From Candidatus Dojkabacteria bacterium (GTDB lineage Bacteria; Patescibacteriota; Dojkabacteria; SC72): a DNA stretch of 64,000 nucleotides. The position numbers and the translations under genes are program-made. How positions within the stretch are numbered: the stretch's first letter is position 1; each line of letters opens with the position of its first letter. Positions 54,058 through 64,000 of the stretch are shown piece by piece. The notes beneath the pieces are model-generated. The model had not been told where the DNA came from. It searched no databases and saw only the letters and a program-made list of their open reading frames with translations. The stretch spans positions 428,820 through 492,819 of the forward strand of contig JBMNHB010000001.1 in assembly GCA_050950145.1 (NCBI GenBank), given 5' to 3'.

Positions 54058-55857
54058 TTGTATATGGAAAATGAAGAACAACAACAAGTAGAACTGTTAG
54101 AAGAGATAAGGCACTCAGCATCACATGTCTTAGCACAAGCAGTTCTTAAACTTCATCCAGATGCTAAGTTAGGAATTGGTCCTGTAATTGATAACGGTTT
54201 CTACTATGACTTTGAATTTAGTGAACCTATTGAAGAAGAAGATCTCAAACCTATTGAGAAAGAGATGAAGAAGATTATTAAACAAGGTCTTCCAATAACT
54301 CAGGTAATGATGAAAAGAGAAGATGCAATAGAGTATTACAAAAAAACAGATCAGATATATAAGCTGGAGTTAATTGATGAAATAGAGGGAAAAGAATTAA
54401 GCTTCTTTATCACAGGAGAAAATGAATTTGCAGATCTTTGTAGAGGACCTCATGTTGCATCTACTAAGGATATCGGAGCAGTTAAATTAACAAAAACTGC
54501 TGGAGCATATTGGAGAGGAGATGAAACCAAGAAGATGTTAACAAGAATATATGGAACCGCTTTTGAAACTGAGAATGAATTAAATACTTTTCTTAAGAAT
54601 CAAGAAGAAATTGAAAACAGAAATCATAGAAAAATTGGCAAACAGTTGGAGTTGTTTGCAATAATGCCTGAGATAGGACAAGGGTTACCTGTTTGGTTAC
54701 CAAGAGGATATACAATAAGGAGAATCTTAGAAGATTACATGTTAGACCTTGAAAGAAATGCTGGATATCAACATATTTTAACACCACATATCAATAGATC
54801 TGTCCTCTTTGAAACATCTGGTCACTTAAGTTTCTACAAAGAATCTATGTATCCTCCAATGCAGGTTGAGGATGAAACTTACTACCTTAAACCTATGAAC
54901 TGTCCAGCAGGAATGATGGTTTACAATTTAAGCCCTAAAAGCTATCGAGATTTACCATATAAATTAGGTGAATTTGGAACAGTTTATAGATACGAAAAAA
55001 GTGGTGAATTACAAGGAATGCAAAGAGTCAGAGGGTTTACACAGAATGATGCACACATTTTCTGTACTCCAGAACAACTTGAAAGTTCAATAAATGAAGT
55101 ATTAGATCTTCTAGCTATATTCTACAAAGATATTGGATTTACGAAATACAAATTTAGATTATCACTTTCAGACAGAGAAGCTAACCCTAAAAAATATGCT
55201 GGTGATATTGAAAGATGGAGACAAGCAGAAGAAACTCTAAGGAAAGTTTTAGTGGATAGGGGAGAAGAGTTTGAAGAGATGCCAGGAGATGCAGCATTTT
55301 ACGGCCCCAAAATTGACATCCAAGCAGTTAATGTATTTGGGAAAGAAGATTCTGTCTCCACAATTCAGCTAGATTTTAATCTTCCAGAGAAGTTCAACAT
55401 CAAATACATAGATCAAGATGGAAGTGAACAAGAACCTTTTGTTATTCACAGAGCATTAATTGGATCATTTGAAAGATTTTTTGCATTTTTAATAGAGACT
55501 CACGGTGGAGACTTCCCTCTCTGGTTTACTCCAGAACAGGTATATGTAATTCCAATATCAGATAAACACCATGACTATGCTAAACAGGTTTATGAAGAAT
55601 TATACAATGTTGGATTAAGAGTAAAACTCGATGATAGAGCAAAGAGTATGCAATCAAGAATTAGAGATGCAGAGAAGATGAAAATACCTTACATTGTAGT
55701 CGTAGGGGACAAAGAGATAGAAACAGAAACTATCTCTGTAAGAACAAGAAAGAATAAGAGCGAAGGTTTGATGAAAGTTCAAGAATTTATAGATAATCTT
55801 AAGGAAGAGATAAGGACAAAAGAACCTTTTACTCCTCCTATAGAAGAAAATAATTAA
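54058..55857 (+). CDS. thrS: Threonyl-tRNA synthetase (N2 editing, class II catalytic and anticodon-binding domains; no N-terminal TGS domain).
   Basis: RHSASHVLAQAV editing motif. Class II motifs. First gene of the thrS-infC-rpmI-rplT-pheST cluster. Confidence 0.9.
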   Translation: MYMENEEQQQVELLEEIRHSASHVLAQAVLKLHPDAKLGIGPVIDNGFYYDFEFSEPIEEEDLKPIEKEMKKIIKQGLPITQVMMKREDAIEYYKKTDQIYKLELIDEIEGKELSFFITGENEFADLCRGPHVASTKDIGAVKLTKTAGAYWRGDETKKMLTRIYGTAFETENELNTFLKNQEEIENRNHRKIGKQLELFAIMPEIGQGLPVWLPRGYTIRRILEDYMLDLERNAGYQHILTPHINRSVLFETSGHLSFYKESMYPPMQVEDETYYLKPMNCPAGMMVYNLSPKSYRDLPYKLGEFGTVYRYEKSGELQGMQRVRGFTQNDAHIFCTPEQLESSINEVLDLLAIFYKDIGFTKYKFRLSLSDREANPKKYAGDIERWRQAEETLRKVLVDRGEEFEEMPGDAAFYGPKIDIQAVNVFGKEDSVSTIQLDFNLPEKFNIKYIDQDGSEQEPFVIHRALIGSFERFFAFLIETHGGDFPLWFTPEQVYVIPISDKHHDYAKQVYEELYNVGLRVKLDDRAKSMQSRIRDAEKMKIPYIVVVGDKEIETETISVRTRKNKSEGLMKVQEFIDNLKEEIRTKEPFTPPIEENN

Positions 55858-55877
55858 TTTTTTAATAAAAATAAACA

Positions 55878-56459
55878 ATGGCTTTTGATAAGCAAGAAGA
55901 GTTAAGGAAGAAGTATGGTCCTAGGAGAAATGAATATATTAGGGTAGAGGAAGTACAGTTAATAGATCAAGAAGGAAATAATGTAGGAGTAGTAAAGACC
56001 TACAAAGCCCTAGAAATGGCAAAAGAGGCAGGGCTAGATCTTGTAGAGGTTGGTCCAAATGTTAGACCCCCTGTTTGTAAAATCATGGACTATGCAAAAT
56101 ACACATACTTGCAAAGTAAGAAGAGTAGGATGAACAAAAAGGGGAAAACGAGAGATGTGAAAGAATTTAAGTTCTCTCCTGTAATAGATAAAGCTGATTC
56201 AGAACATAGGATAAATAGAGCATTAGAATATTTAGAAAAAGGATATCCCGTAAGGTTAACTATGTTTAGAAAAGGAAGACAATCTAAAGAACAAGCCAAA
56301 GAAGTTTTTGATGAAATATTGACTAATTTCACGGATTATAGTAGCATTGAACCCAATCCTATATCAGAAGGTAATAATATTTTTGTAACATTTAGGCCAA
56401 ATGGCAAGACAAAGAACAAACAAAACAGCAAAGAAAAGAGTGAGGATATCAAATCCTAG
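55878..56459 (+). CDS. infC: Translation initiation factor IF-3 with a Lys-rich C-terminal tail.
   Basis: IRVEEVQLIDQEGNNVGVV...ALEMAKEAGLDLVEVGPNVRPPVCKIMDY. Confidence 0.85.
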   Translation: MAFDKQEELRKKYGPRRNEYIRVEEVQLIDQEGNNVGVVKTYKALEMAKEAGLDLVEVGPNVRPPVCKIMDYAKYTYLQSKKSRMNKKGKTRDVKEFKFSPVIDKADSEHRINRALEYLEKGYPVRLTMFRKGRQSKEQAKEVFDEILTNFTDYSSIEPNPISEGNNIFVTFRPNGKTKNKQNSKEKSEDIKS

Positions 56460-56613
56460 AGGACATAAAAAGGGTGTTCTTAGATATAAACAGAGTCACC
56501 AAGGTCACTTGAAGACAAAGAGATCAACTAGATCCAAGAGAAGACAGAGCGATAGTAAGAGAGTTGATAAGAATATTAGTAAAAGGATGATTGCAAAGAT
56601 TGTTAATATTTAG
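56401..56613 (+). CDS. rpmI: Ribosomal protein L35. It overlaps the infC 3' end by 59 nt in a different frame.
   Basis: MARQRTNKTAKKRVRI... The basic composition and AKKR motif match L35, and it sits in the conserved infC-rpmI-rplT position. Confidence 0.6.
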   Translation: MARQRTNKTAKKRVRISNPRGHKKGVLRYKQSHQGHLKTKRSTRSKRRQSDSKRVDKNISKRMIAKIVNI

Positions 56614-56624
56614 TAGCTATAAAA

Positions 56625-56963
56625 ATGAGAGTTAAGACTGGAATAACAAGAAAAAGAAGACATGATAAAATCCTTAAGAAAACTAAGGGTTATAGAATGA
56701 CTAAAAATAGACTCTACAAAGTTGCTCATGAGGCATATATGCATGCAGGACAATATGCATATGACCACAGACAAAAAAGAGGAGCACAGATGAGAAGGGT
56801 TTGGATTGCAAAGATTAATGCTGCATGTAAGAATAACAATATCCAATACAAAGATTTAATTGCAGGTCTTAAGAAGAATAAGATTGAATTAAACAGAATG
56901 GTACTAGCAGATATTGCAGTTAACAATCCTGAAGTATTTACAGTAATAGTAAAATCACTTTAG
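56625..56963 (+). CDS. rplT: Ribosomal protein L20.
   Basis: MRVKTGITRKRRHDKILKKTKGYR... Confidence 0.9.
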   Translation: MRVKTGITRKRRHDKILKKTKGYRMTKNRLYKVAHEAYMHAGQYAYDHRQKRGAQMRRVWIAKINAACKNNNIQYKDLIAGLKKNKIELNRMVLADIAVNNPEVFTVIVKSL

Positions 56964-56984
56964 AGTCTTTTAAAATTGATCTTA

Positions 56985-57016
56985 AAGGACTCTTAATCTA
57001 AAAGAGTCCTTTTTTA
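56985..57016 (+). terminator. Intrinsic terminator after rplT.
   Basis: AAGGACTCTT pairs with AAGAGTCCTT across a 7-nt loop, followed by TTTTTT. Confidence 0.7.
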
Positions 57017-57043
57017 TTATCCCCCAATGTTATATACTAAACT

Positions 57044-58081
57044 ATGGAACTAAAAAACAAAAATCTTCAAAAAATATACACCTCTTTAGAAAAAGATAAA
57101 GAAACACTCTCATCTGAAGAGTTAAAAAAGAAATATCTATCTAAAGAAGGATTATTAACAAAAGCCTTTAGTGAAATATCAAAAATAGCACAGAAAGAGA
57201 GAGCTCTATATGGGCAAGAAGCAAACAAACTCAAATCATACATTAATGAACTGATAGAAAGTAAAACAAATTTTACAAATGCATATTCCTCAAAAGAGAG
57301 AATTGATCCAACAGCACCTTTTGATATCAATACAAAGATAGAAGATAGACCTCAGTTCTTAGATACAAAAGGCACACAACACCCACTAACAAAAGATATA
57401 GAAACATTTGTAGATATATTTAAAGGTATGGGTTTTGACGTTTTAGAAAGTAGACAACTTGATGATGATTATCACATGTTTGAATCTCTAAACTTCCCTG
57501 TAGGACATCCAGCAAGAGATATGTATGATACTTTCTGGACAGAAGATGGTCTAGTATTACCAGCACACACCTCTACAATGCAAAATAGGGCTATGAAGAT
57601 GTTTGGACCTCCTCCAATTGCAGTTGTATTACCTGGTAGATGCTTTAGAAATGAAGCTACAGATGCAAGTCATGAACATACATTCCATCAAATAGAGGGA
57701 ATATATGTAGACGAAAATGTTTCTTTAGGAAATATGATAGCTACTATTAAAGAATTCTTACAAAGATATCTTGAAACAGATTTAGAAGTAAGAATACAGC
57801 CATCATTCTTTCCATTTACTGAACCAGATTGTGAGTTTGTGATTAGCTGTCCTTTCTGTAAAAAAGTGGGGTGTTCTACATGTGGAAATTCTGGATGGAT
57901 AGAACTAATGGGATGTGGAATGATACACCCAAATGTTTTAAGGCAAGCTGATATAGACCCAAACAAGTATTCAGGATTTGCATGGGGATTTGGAGTTGAC
58001 AGATTAACTATGATTAAAATGGGAATAAATGATATTAGATACCTAAGAGATTCTAACCTTAACTTCTTAAGACAATTCTAA
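57044..58081 (+). CDS. pheS: Phenylalanyl-tRNA synthetase alpha subunit.
   Basis: Class II motifs including HPARDMYDTFW and FPFTEPD. Confidence 0.9.
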   Translation: MELKNKNLQKIYTSLEKDKETLSSEELKKKYLSKEGLLTKAFSEISKIAQKERALYGQEANKLKSYINELIESKTNFTNAYSSKERIDPTAPFDINTKIEDRPQFLDTKGTQHPLTKDIETFVDIFKGMGFDVLESRQLDDDYHMFESLNFPVGHPARDMYDTFWTEDGLVLPAHTSTMQNRAMKMFGPPPIAVVLPGRCFRNEATDASHEHTFHQIEGIYVDENVSLGNMIATIKEFLQRYLETDLEVRIQPSFFPFTEPDCEFVISCPFCKKVGCSTCGNSGWIELMGCGMIHPNVLRQADIDPNKYSGFAWGFGVDRLTMIKMGINDIRYLRDSNLNFLRQF

Positions 58082-60564
58082 TGAGAGTAACAACAGAACT
58101 ACTAAAAACAATTGGGAATATTACAGTAGAAAGTACAGAAATTGAAAAACTTTTAAAAGAGCATATTGCCAATGTTGAGTACTCTCACAATATTGGTGAG
58201 GATTACAAAGGAATTATAGTTGCAGAGATAGTTGAAAAAGAAGATCATCCAGATGCTGATAAATTAGGAATTTATCAAGTATTCACAGGGAAAGAGAGAG
58301 TTCAAGTTGTAGCAGGTGATAAGACATTAGAGATAGGGGATAAGGTAGCATACATACCACCTGGTTCAATTGTTCCAACAACAATATACACAGAAGAGAA
58401 GCCAATTATTATTGAATCCGTAAAGTTAAGAGGAGTTCAATCAAATGGAATGTTGGGATCTGAAAAAGAATTAAATCTTGGACCAGATCATGAATATGTA
58501 ATGAGACTCTCAGAAGATGCTAACCCTGGCACTTCATTTGCTAATTACTTCATTTTCAATGACATCGCTATTGAGATAGAAAATAAAGGATTAACAAACA
58601 GAGGAGATCTATTTGGATTAGTAGGTATTGCAAGAGAACTTACAGCTATTACTGGTAATAAATTTGAAAATCCTTCATGGTATACAGACAAGAAAAAAAA
58701 TCTTAAACCTGAAGAAAATTGTTTAAATATTCAGGTAGTTAATGATGCAGAAGCCCTATGTCCAAGATATGTAGCAGTAGCTATGGATCATGTAGTTGTC
58801 GGACCATCACCAATCTGGTTACAGTCAGCTTTACTAAGGCTAGATATTAAGCCTATCAATAATATCATTGATATCACAAACTATATTTCAGCTCTCTTCG
58901 GACAACCATTACATGCATTTGATTATGACAAAATTATAAAAATAGATCCTGCTCCAGATAATAAAGTAACTATAAATGTAAGAATGGCTAGACAAGGTGA
59001 AAAAATACTAGGACTAGACCATAAAACTCACGAGCTAAATGACAGAACTATTGTAATTGCAGATAATAACCATCCAATTGCAATTGCTGGCATTATTGGA
59101 GGACAAGATACTTCTGTAGATGAAAATAGTAAAAGAATTATCTTTGAATCAGCGAACTTTGATAAGAATAGTATAAGAAGAACATCTATGGAGTTAGGTA
59201 TCTCTACTGATGCTTCTACAAAATTCAAACATTCTCTTGATCCAGAGGCTTGTGTCCCTGCTATTCTAAGAGCAGTAGAACTAGCAAAAGAAATAGCAGA
59301 AGGAAAAGTAGCATCAGAGATTATAGATATATACGAAGAACCATATGAAGAAAAAATTGTAACTGTTGATATAGAAAGATTAAATACACATACCGGATTA
59401 GACTTAAGTAAGGAAGTCATGTCTACAATCTTAACAAACTTAGGATATAAAATAACTTCATCTGATAACTCCTTTATAACTGTTGTAGTACCTAGCTGGA
59501 GAAGAGATGTACAGATACCTGAAGATATTCATGAAGACATAGCAAGAATATATGGATACAATAATATAGAAGTAGAATTACCTAGAAGACCAATTACATC
59601 ATTAAAAGATAATAAGATATTTGATCTTAAAAAAGATATAAGAAAACAAGCATCTGCTTTAGGATTAAATGAAATTTTAACTTACAGCTTTACAAGTTTA
59701 GATAATTTCAAGAAGTCTTCTTTAGATGCAGACTTAGCATACAAAGTGAAAAATGCTCTTTCACCAGAATTATCTTTAATGAGAGTATCTCTACTACAAT
59801 CCATTTTCCAAAAAGTAAAAGAGAATAAAGAGAAAGGATTTAATAAATTTGGTCTATTTGAAATAAATATTCCACATATTAACACATATATTGGTGAAGA
59901 CTCCCTTCCAAAAGAAGATTGGCATTTTTCAGCTGTAATAATTGATTCAACAATATCAAATTTACAATCTTCGTACTATTTCGCCAAAAAATATACAGAA
60001 AAAATCCTATCTACTAGAAATGTAAAGGCTGACTTTGTACTTGTTGCTGATTCTTTAGAACAAGATTTAGACGAAGATATTAAAGCTATTCTAAATATTT
60101 TTGATCCTAATGTTTCTGCTTTGTGTATTGTTGATAAAAAAGTAATAGGTATTCTTGGAGAGATAAAAAACAATATTAAAGAAAACTACAAATTACCTGA
60201 ATATTCGTGTTGCATAGATATAAATCTTAATAAATTACTAGAAATTGAAACAACAAAGAAAGAATTTAGGGACATCCCAATATATCCCACTTATTCTGTA
60301 GACTTCTGTTTTGAAACTGATATGAATGTTACATATGGAGATATGGAAAAGGAACTAGATAAAATAATAAATAGTAATGACAGTTGGGGTAGAGTAGAAG
60401 GTCTAGATATTTATCAAGATAAAAAAGATAAAGAAAGAAAAAGAACTACTTTTAGAGTCATTGGGAGCAACTACAAGAAAACAGTAACAAATAAGGATAT
60501 AAAAGCAATCATAGATAAAATAGAAAAGAAGTTTAAAGAGAAATTTGAGGCAAAAATAATATAA
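58081..60564 (+). CDS. pheT: Phenylalanyl-tRNA synthetase beta subunit.
   Basis: 827 aa. N-terminal tRNA-binding (EMAP-like) domain GIIVAEIVEKEDHPDADKLGIYQV. B3/4 and B5 regions. Its start overlaps the pheS stop. Confidence 0.9.
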   Translation: MRVTTELLKTIGNITVESTEIEKLLKEHIANVEYSHNIGEDYKGIIVAEIVEKEDHPDADKLGIYQVFTGKERVQVVAGDKTLEIGDKVAYIPPGSIVPTTIYTEEKPIIIESVKLRGVQSNGMLGSEKELNLGPDHEYVMRLSEDANPGTSFANYFIFNDIAIEIENKGLTNRGDLFGLVGIARELTAITGNKFENPSWYTDKKKNLKPEENCLNIQVVNDAEALCPRYVAVAMDHVVVGPSPIWLQSALLRLDIKPINNIIDITNYISALFGQPLHAFDYDKIIKIDPAPDNKVTINVRMARQGEKILGLDHKTHELNDRTIVIADNNHPIAIAGIIGGQDTSVDENSKRIIFESANFDKNSIRRTSMELGISTDASTKFKHSLDPEACVPAILRAVELAKEIAEGKVASEIIDIYEEPYEEKIVTVDIERLNTHTGLDLSKEVMSTILTNLGYKITSSDNSFITVVVPSWRRDVQIPEDIHEDIARIYGYNNIEVELPRRPITSLKDNKIFDLKKDIRKQASALGLNEILTYSFTSLDNFKKSSLDADLAYKVKNALSPELSLMRVSLLQSIFQKVKENKEKGFNKFGLFEINIPHINTYIGEDSLPKEDWHFSAVIIDSTISNLQSSYYFAKKYTEKILSTRNVKADFVLVADSLEQDLDEDIKAILNIFDPNVSALCIVDKKVIGILGEIKNNIKENYKLPEYSCCIDINLNKLLEIETTKKEFRDIPIYPTYSVDFCFETDMNVTYGDMEKELDKIINSNDSWGRVEGLDIYQDKKDKERKRTTFRVIGSNYKKTVTNKDIKAIIDKIEKKFKEKFEAKII

Positions 60565-60565
60565 C

Positions 60566-63556
60566 TTACTGGATAGTTACTGTAATAATATTACTAACAA
60601 TATCATTCCCATTTGAAGATTGAGCAGAGGCAGATATTGTTGCTTGTCCTAACGATGTATCGGGAGGGATAGTTGCAACCCACACACCAGGACTTTCAAG
60701 AACACCGTTAACGTCCTTAGAGTTCACCTTAAATATTACACTCCCTGTAATACTACCAGTAACTTTCGCTTTCATCTGTGTTGTACCTCTTGTTACATTT
60801 GCACCATTTTCTGGAGATATAATAGAAATAGTAGCAATAACACCCGTAACTGTTACAGATACACTATTGCTGTGACTTTTTCCAGCAGAATCTTTTGCTG
60901 TAATAATAATATTCAAAGTTGGTGCAGTATTTGGTACTGAATAATTAATCACAAAAGTCCCATCGGCATTAACAGTTGGAATACCAACTCCAGGTACATT
61001 ACTACCATTTACTTTAACAGTAAATGAAGTTAAAGCTCCAGCAAAACGAACAGATCCTGCTATTTCTAAGTTTTTTCCTGATTCAACTTTCTGACCATTT
61101 GTTGGTCTGACAATATCAACAACAGGAGCATTACCAGGACCAAGTGGCAATGGACAAAGCTCTGTCTTCGGCTCCTCAAAAATATAAGAGCCTGAATCTA
61201 AGAGATGAGATCTATAAGCATCTACCTGATTAGGATTTTCTAATTTTGTAGTGAGAAGAATCTTAGGAGACGTCAAACCAAAAAGTTTTGCTGCATCTAA
61301 ATTAGTAGGAATAGCATCATTAGCAGTACAAACCTCTATCGTCTTTCTTGCATCTACCTGTGGAGCCCTACCAGCGATATATATTGATGCTTCTTTATTA
61401 CACTCAACTTCATCAGTAGGAGACCCTCCTGTATCAGTACACACAGAAGTTGTCATAATCCCAGCAGGTCTATTAAAATTAAACTCATTATATTTATCTA
61501 TTACCCTTCTAAAGAATGAATTAGTTATATCCAAAGAAACAGTAGAGGACCAACCACCAGGCATAACCTCATTGTTATTATTTCCATTCCAAACTCCAAC
61601 TACCAAACTCTGATTATACTGAAATGCTAATAAATCTTTAGGACCATCTGTGGTCCCTGTTTTTCCACAAAGTTTGTTCCTTCCAATATAGAATGATCTA
61701 TTCGCATACCTATCATTAAACCCATTCAAATCACAAATCATCCAGTTGACAACATACGCTTCTTTCTCATCTATAACCCTTTGTCCCTCGGACTCCTTAG
61801 CTTCTTTTAGTACTTTTCCTTTAGAATCCTCAACCTTTAATATCGCAGTACTTTCATGTCTAATACCACTATTTGCCAGTGTTGCATAAGCATTAGTTAA
61901 ATCTAACATCCTCATCTCTGCAGAACCAAGTCCAAGGCTCAAACCATAACTAGACTTACTTTCAATCCCCTGTATTCCAAGTTTCTGCATTAACTGAAGA
62001 TAATTATCAATCCCACCAACCTGTAGAGTATATACAGTAGGAATATTCCTAGAAAGGACCAAAGCTTTCCTCGCTGTTATCAACCCGTTGTACCTTCCAT
62101 CCCAGTTCTTAGGTTTATAGTTGCCAAAAGAGATACTATCAATATCTGGTGTTACCAACCAAGGACCATAACCCTGACTAATCATATTAAGATAAACAAA
62201 TGGTTTAACAGAAGAACCAGTTTGTCTCATACTAGTTGTAATATTTACATTCCCATCAATTCTTGGGTCTTCAATATTCCAATAATCAACAGAACCTACC
62301 ATTGCTAGAATCTGCCCATTCTTAGGATTCATAACAATCATTGCACCATTATTAACATTATGCCTTTTGTTGTCTGCAACACCCCTGATAATCTCCTCTT
62401 CTGCAATACCCTGTAAAGTAGGATCTAAAGTCGTTGTAACCTTAAGACCACCTCTTTGTACAACATCAACACCAAATTCTTCTTCTAACAATCCTTTGAC
62501 ATAGAAAACAAAATGTGGAGACTTAATATCTATTCTACTACTTTTGTATACTAATTCTTCATCCCTTGCAGCTTCAATATCCTCTTTAGAAACACCAAAA
62601 ATTCTCTGTTTCTGTTCTAATTGATCCAATACATAGTTCTGTCTGACCTTAGCCATTTCAGGCATGGCACCAAATATCGGAGCATAGTTACTAGGACTCT
62701 GAATTAAACCTGCAATTAAAGCACTCTCTGCTAATGTCAATTCACTTACATCTTTTCCAAAATATGAATTAGCAGCTGCTTGGAATCCATAATTTACACC
62801 TCCTAAGAAGACCTCATTCATATACATCTGTAAGATTTCATCCTTAGTAAATGTTTGCTCAACCTGCATTGTTATTAATGCTTCTTTAATCTTTCTAGAA
62901 AGAGTCCTTTCATACGCCTCTTTACCAAGAATATCTTCCAGCAATGTTGTTTTAACTAATTGTTGTGTAAGAGTACTTCCTCCTCTTACAACCTTTCCAC
63001 CTTTTAGATTCTGGAAAAAAGCTTTCATAATACCAAAGTAATCTAAGCCTTTATGTTGGTAAAATTCTGCATCCTCTGCTGCCAACAAAGCTTTCTTTGT
63101 ATGCTCAGGAACTTTATCCAACGGTATAAACTCCCTATTCTCATCCCCATAAACAGTGTAAAGAAGATTTCCATTTCTATCCAAAATTTGCGTACTTTGA
63201 TCTGACGACCTTTCAACTAACTGATCTGGAGAAGGAAGAGCATCACCAATCTTCTTCAAATATGCACCTAAAACTATCAAACCAACACACCCTATGAAAA
63301 ACCCAACACCCAAAACAATATATAATACTTTCTTTATCCTCTTCTTGAATTCTGGATTCTTACCACCTTTTTTATCTTTCCTAGATGACTTAGTACTACC
63401 AATACGATTGGAAGAATATTTCTTTACATTCTTGTATGTATTAAATCCAAAACTTGGAATTGATTTACCTAAGTTTCTTACAGTTTTTCTCCTTCTAGGA
63501 GAGAAACTACTTTTCTTAGAATTAGAAAATCCTACACTATATTTCATACAATACAT
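60566..63556 (-). CDS. Class A penicillin-binding protein (GT51 transglycosylase plus transpeptidase) with a C-terminal Ig-like extension of about 230 aa.
   Basis: N-terminal TM anchor. GT51 motifs EDAEFYQHKGLD, RGGSTLTQQLVK and ESALIAGL (motif 3). TPase motifs SSVKPF (SxxK), LSRNIPT (SxN) and GKTGTTDG (KTG). The C-terminal region looks Big-like (TAPTLNIIITAKDSAG...). Confidence 0.85.
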   Translation of the reverse strand: MYCMKYSVGFSNSKKSSFSPRRRKTVRNLGKSIPSFGFNTYKNVKKYSSNRIGSTKSSRKDKKGGKNPEFKKRIKKVLYIVLGVGFFIGCVGLIVLGAYLKKIGDALPSPDQLVERSSDQSTQILDRNGNLLYTVYGDENREFIPLDKVPEHTKKALLAAEDAEFYQHKGLDYFGIMKAFFQNLKGGKVVRGGSTLTQQLVKTTLLEDILGKEAYERTLSRKIKEALITMQVEQTFTKDEILQMYMNEVFLGGVNYGFQAAANSYFGKDVSELTLAESALIAGLIQSPSNYAPIFGAMPEMAKVRQNYVLDQLEQKQRIFGVSKEDIEAARDEELVYKSSRIDIKSPHFVFYVKGLLEEEFGVDVVQRGGLKVTTTLDPTLQGIAEEEIIRGVADNKRHNVNNGAMIVMNPKNGQILAMVGSVDYWNIEDPRIDGNVNITTSMRQTGSSVKPFVYLNMISQGYGPWLVTPDIDSISFGNYKPKNWDGRYNGLITARKALVLSRNIPTVYTLQVGGIDNYLQLMQKLGIQGIESKSSYGLSLGLGSAEMRMLDLTNAYATLANSGIRHESTAILKVEDSKGKVLKEAKESEGQRVIDEKEAYVVNWMICDLNGFNDRYANRSFYIGRNKLCGKTGTTDGPKDLLAFQYNQSLVVGVWNGNNNNEVMPGGWSSTVSLDITNSFFRRVIDKYNEFNFNRPAGIMTTSVCTDTGGSPTDEVECNKEASIYIAGRAPQVDARKTIEVCTANDAIPTNLDAAKLFGLTSPKILLTTKLENPNQVDAYRSHLLDSGSYIFEEPKTELCPLPLGPGNAPVVDIVRPTNGQKVESGKNLEIAGSVRFAGALTSFTVKVNGSNVPGVGIPTVNADGTFVINYSVPNTAPTLNIIITAKDSAGKSHSNSVSVTVTGVIATISIISPENGANVTRGTTQMKAKVTGSITGSVIFKVNSKDVNGVLESPGVWVATIPPDTSLGQATISASAQSSNGNDIVSNIITVTIQ

Positions 63557-63699
63557 TATGCCCCTTTTTGTATGTAAATTTCAAGGCCAACCTGGTCTGT
63601 AAAGTTATACTTTTGTAGAAAGAGTTTTTTAATGTTTTGTTACGATTAGTTAATTTACTACAAGATAATATATGTTTTTTCAATATGGTATAATTCACT

Positions 63700-64000
63700 A
63701 TGCAAGACAAAATGAAACCACAAACATTAAAAGGATTTTACGATTACTTTGCGGATGATATGAATATCCGTAACTTCCTCAGGGATACTTTTCGCAATTT
63801 AGCCGAAAAATATGGTTTTGAACCATTAGAAACACCAGCTTTAGAGTATTCAGAATTAATTCTTGGACAGAGTGGGGCAGAGGCAGAGAAACTTTACTAC
63901 AAATTTCAAGATAACGGAGGTAGGAATGTAATGCTTAAATACGAATTAATGATTCCAATGTGTAGAGCTGTCGCAGAGAATATTAATAATATACCGATGC
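63700..64000 (+). CDS. hisS: Histidyl-tRNA synthetase, N-terminal fragment that continues beyond the window.
   Basis: MQDKMKPQTLKGFYDYFADDM...GFEPLETPALEYSELI...MLKYELMIPMCRAV (class IIa HisS motif 1 region). Confidence 0.7.
   Translation, partial: MQDKMKPQTLKGFYDYFADDMNIRNFLRDTFRNLAEKYGFEPLETPALEYSELILGQSGAEAEKLYYKFQDNGGRNVMLKYELMIPMCRAVAENINNIPM

Noticed and set aside
63294-63602. 102-aa plus-strand ORF at the 5' end of the PBP1A gene.
   Set aside because: Antisense shadow ORF of the PBP N-terminal region. The hisS start lies further downstream at 63700.
1-64000. Alternative genetic code (code 25/4, UGA sense), as used by some candidate-phyla bacteria.
   Set aside because: ftsI and other genes terminate at TGA with normal C-termini. 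All conserved genes are full length under the standard code.

Overview
The window is a low-GC bacterial chromosomal segment. Its gene content suggests a reduced-genome lineage such as a Patescibacteria/CPR-like organism: Preiss-Handler NAD salvage but no de novo NAD genes in the window, membrane-anchored solute-binding protein, giant surface protein with sortase. This taxonomic reading is inference only. Standard genetic code applies: TGA, TAA and TAG all terminate recognisable genes, for example ftsI ends at TGA. Main features, in order: (1) A partial sortase followed by a 2307-aa repeat-rich surface protein with an internal LPVTG sorting signal. (2) An intact rve/DDE insertion sequence with nested perfect terminal inverted repeats. 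(3) Housekeeping genes: typA, RRM RNA-binding protein, queH-like, orphan OmpR-type response regulator, def, secG, pyk. (4) Three tRNA genes, two of them forming a tRNA-Cys/tRNA-Leu pair. (5) Immediately after that pair, an accessory-looking island of four consecutive radical-SAM enzymes plus a P-loop kinase. (6) An NAD salvage operon (pncB, pncA, nadE, nadD, NrtR-like Nudix regulator). (7) A rearranged dcw cluster: ftsW-murG-murA upstream, murF inverted, then a 165-bp x3 tandem repeat, then a textbook mraZ promoter with three AGTGG MraZ boxes at 10-bp phase, then mraZ-rsmH-ftsL-ftsI-mraY. (8) tatD, rsmI, truB, rarA, a 25-aa-repeat (DUF4116-like) protein, tyrS, a Rel/SpoT homolog, an SPFH protein, recG, trmL-like, rsmD. 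(9) The conserved thrS-infC-rpmI-rplT-pheS-pheT cluster, a class A PBP and the start of hisS. Two about 203-bp miniature inverted-repeat elements bounded by CCTAGG-core palindromes are also present. The most unusual candidate system is the four-radical-SAM plus kinase island next to the tRNAs. Two of its enzymes are viperin/MoaA-like paralogs without auxiliary cluster cysteines, which suggests a possible nucleotide-modifying (antiviral or secondary-metabolite) module.
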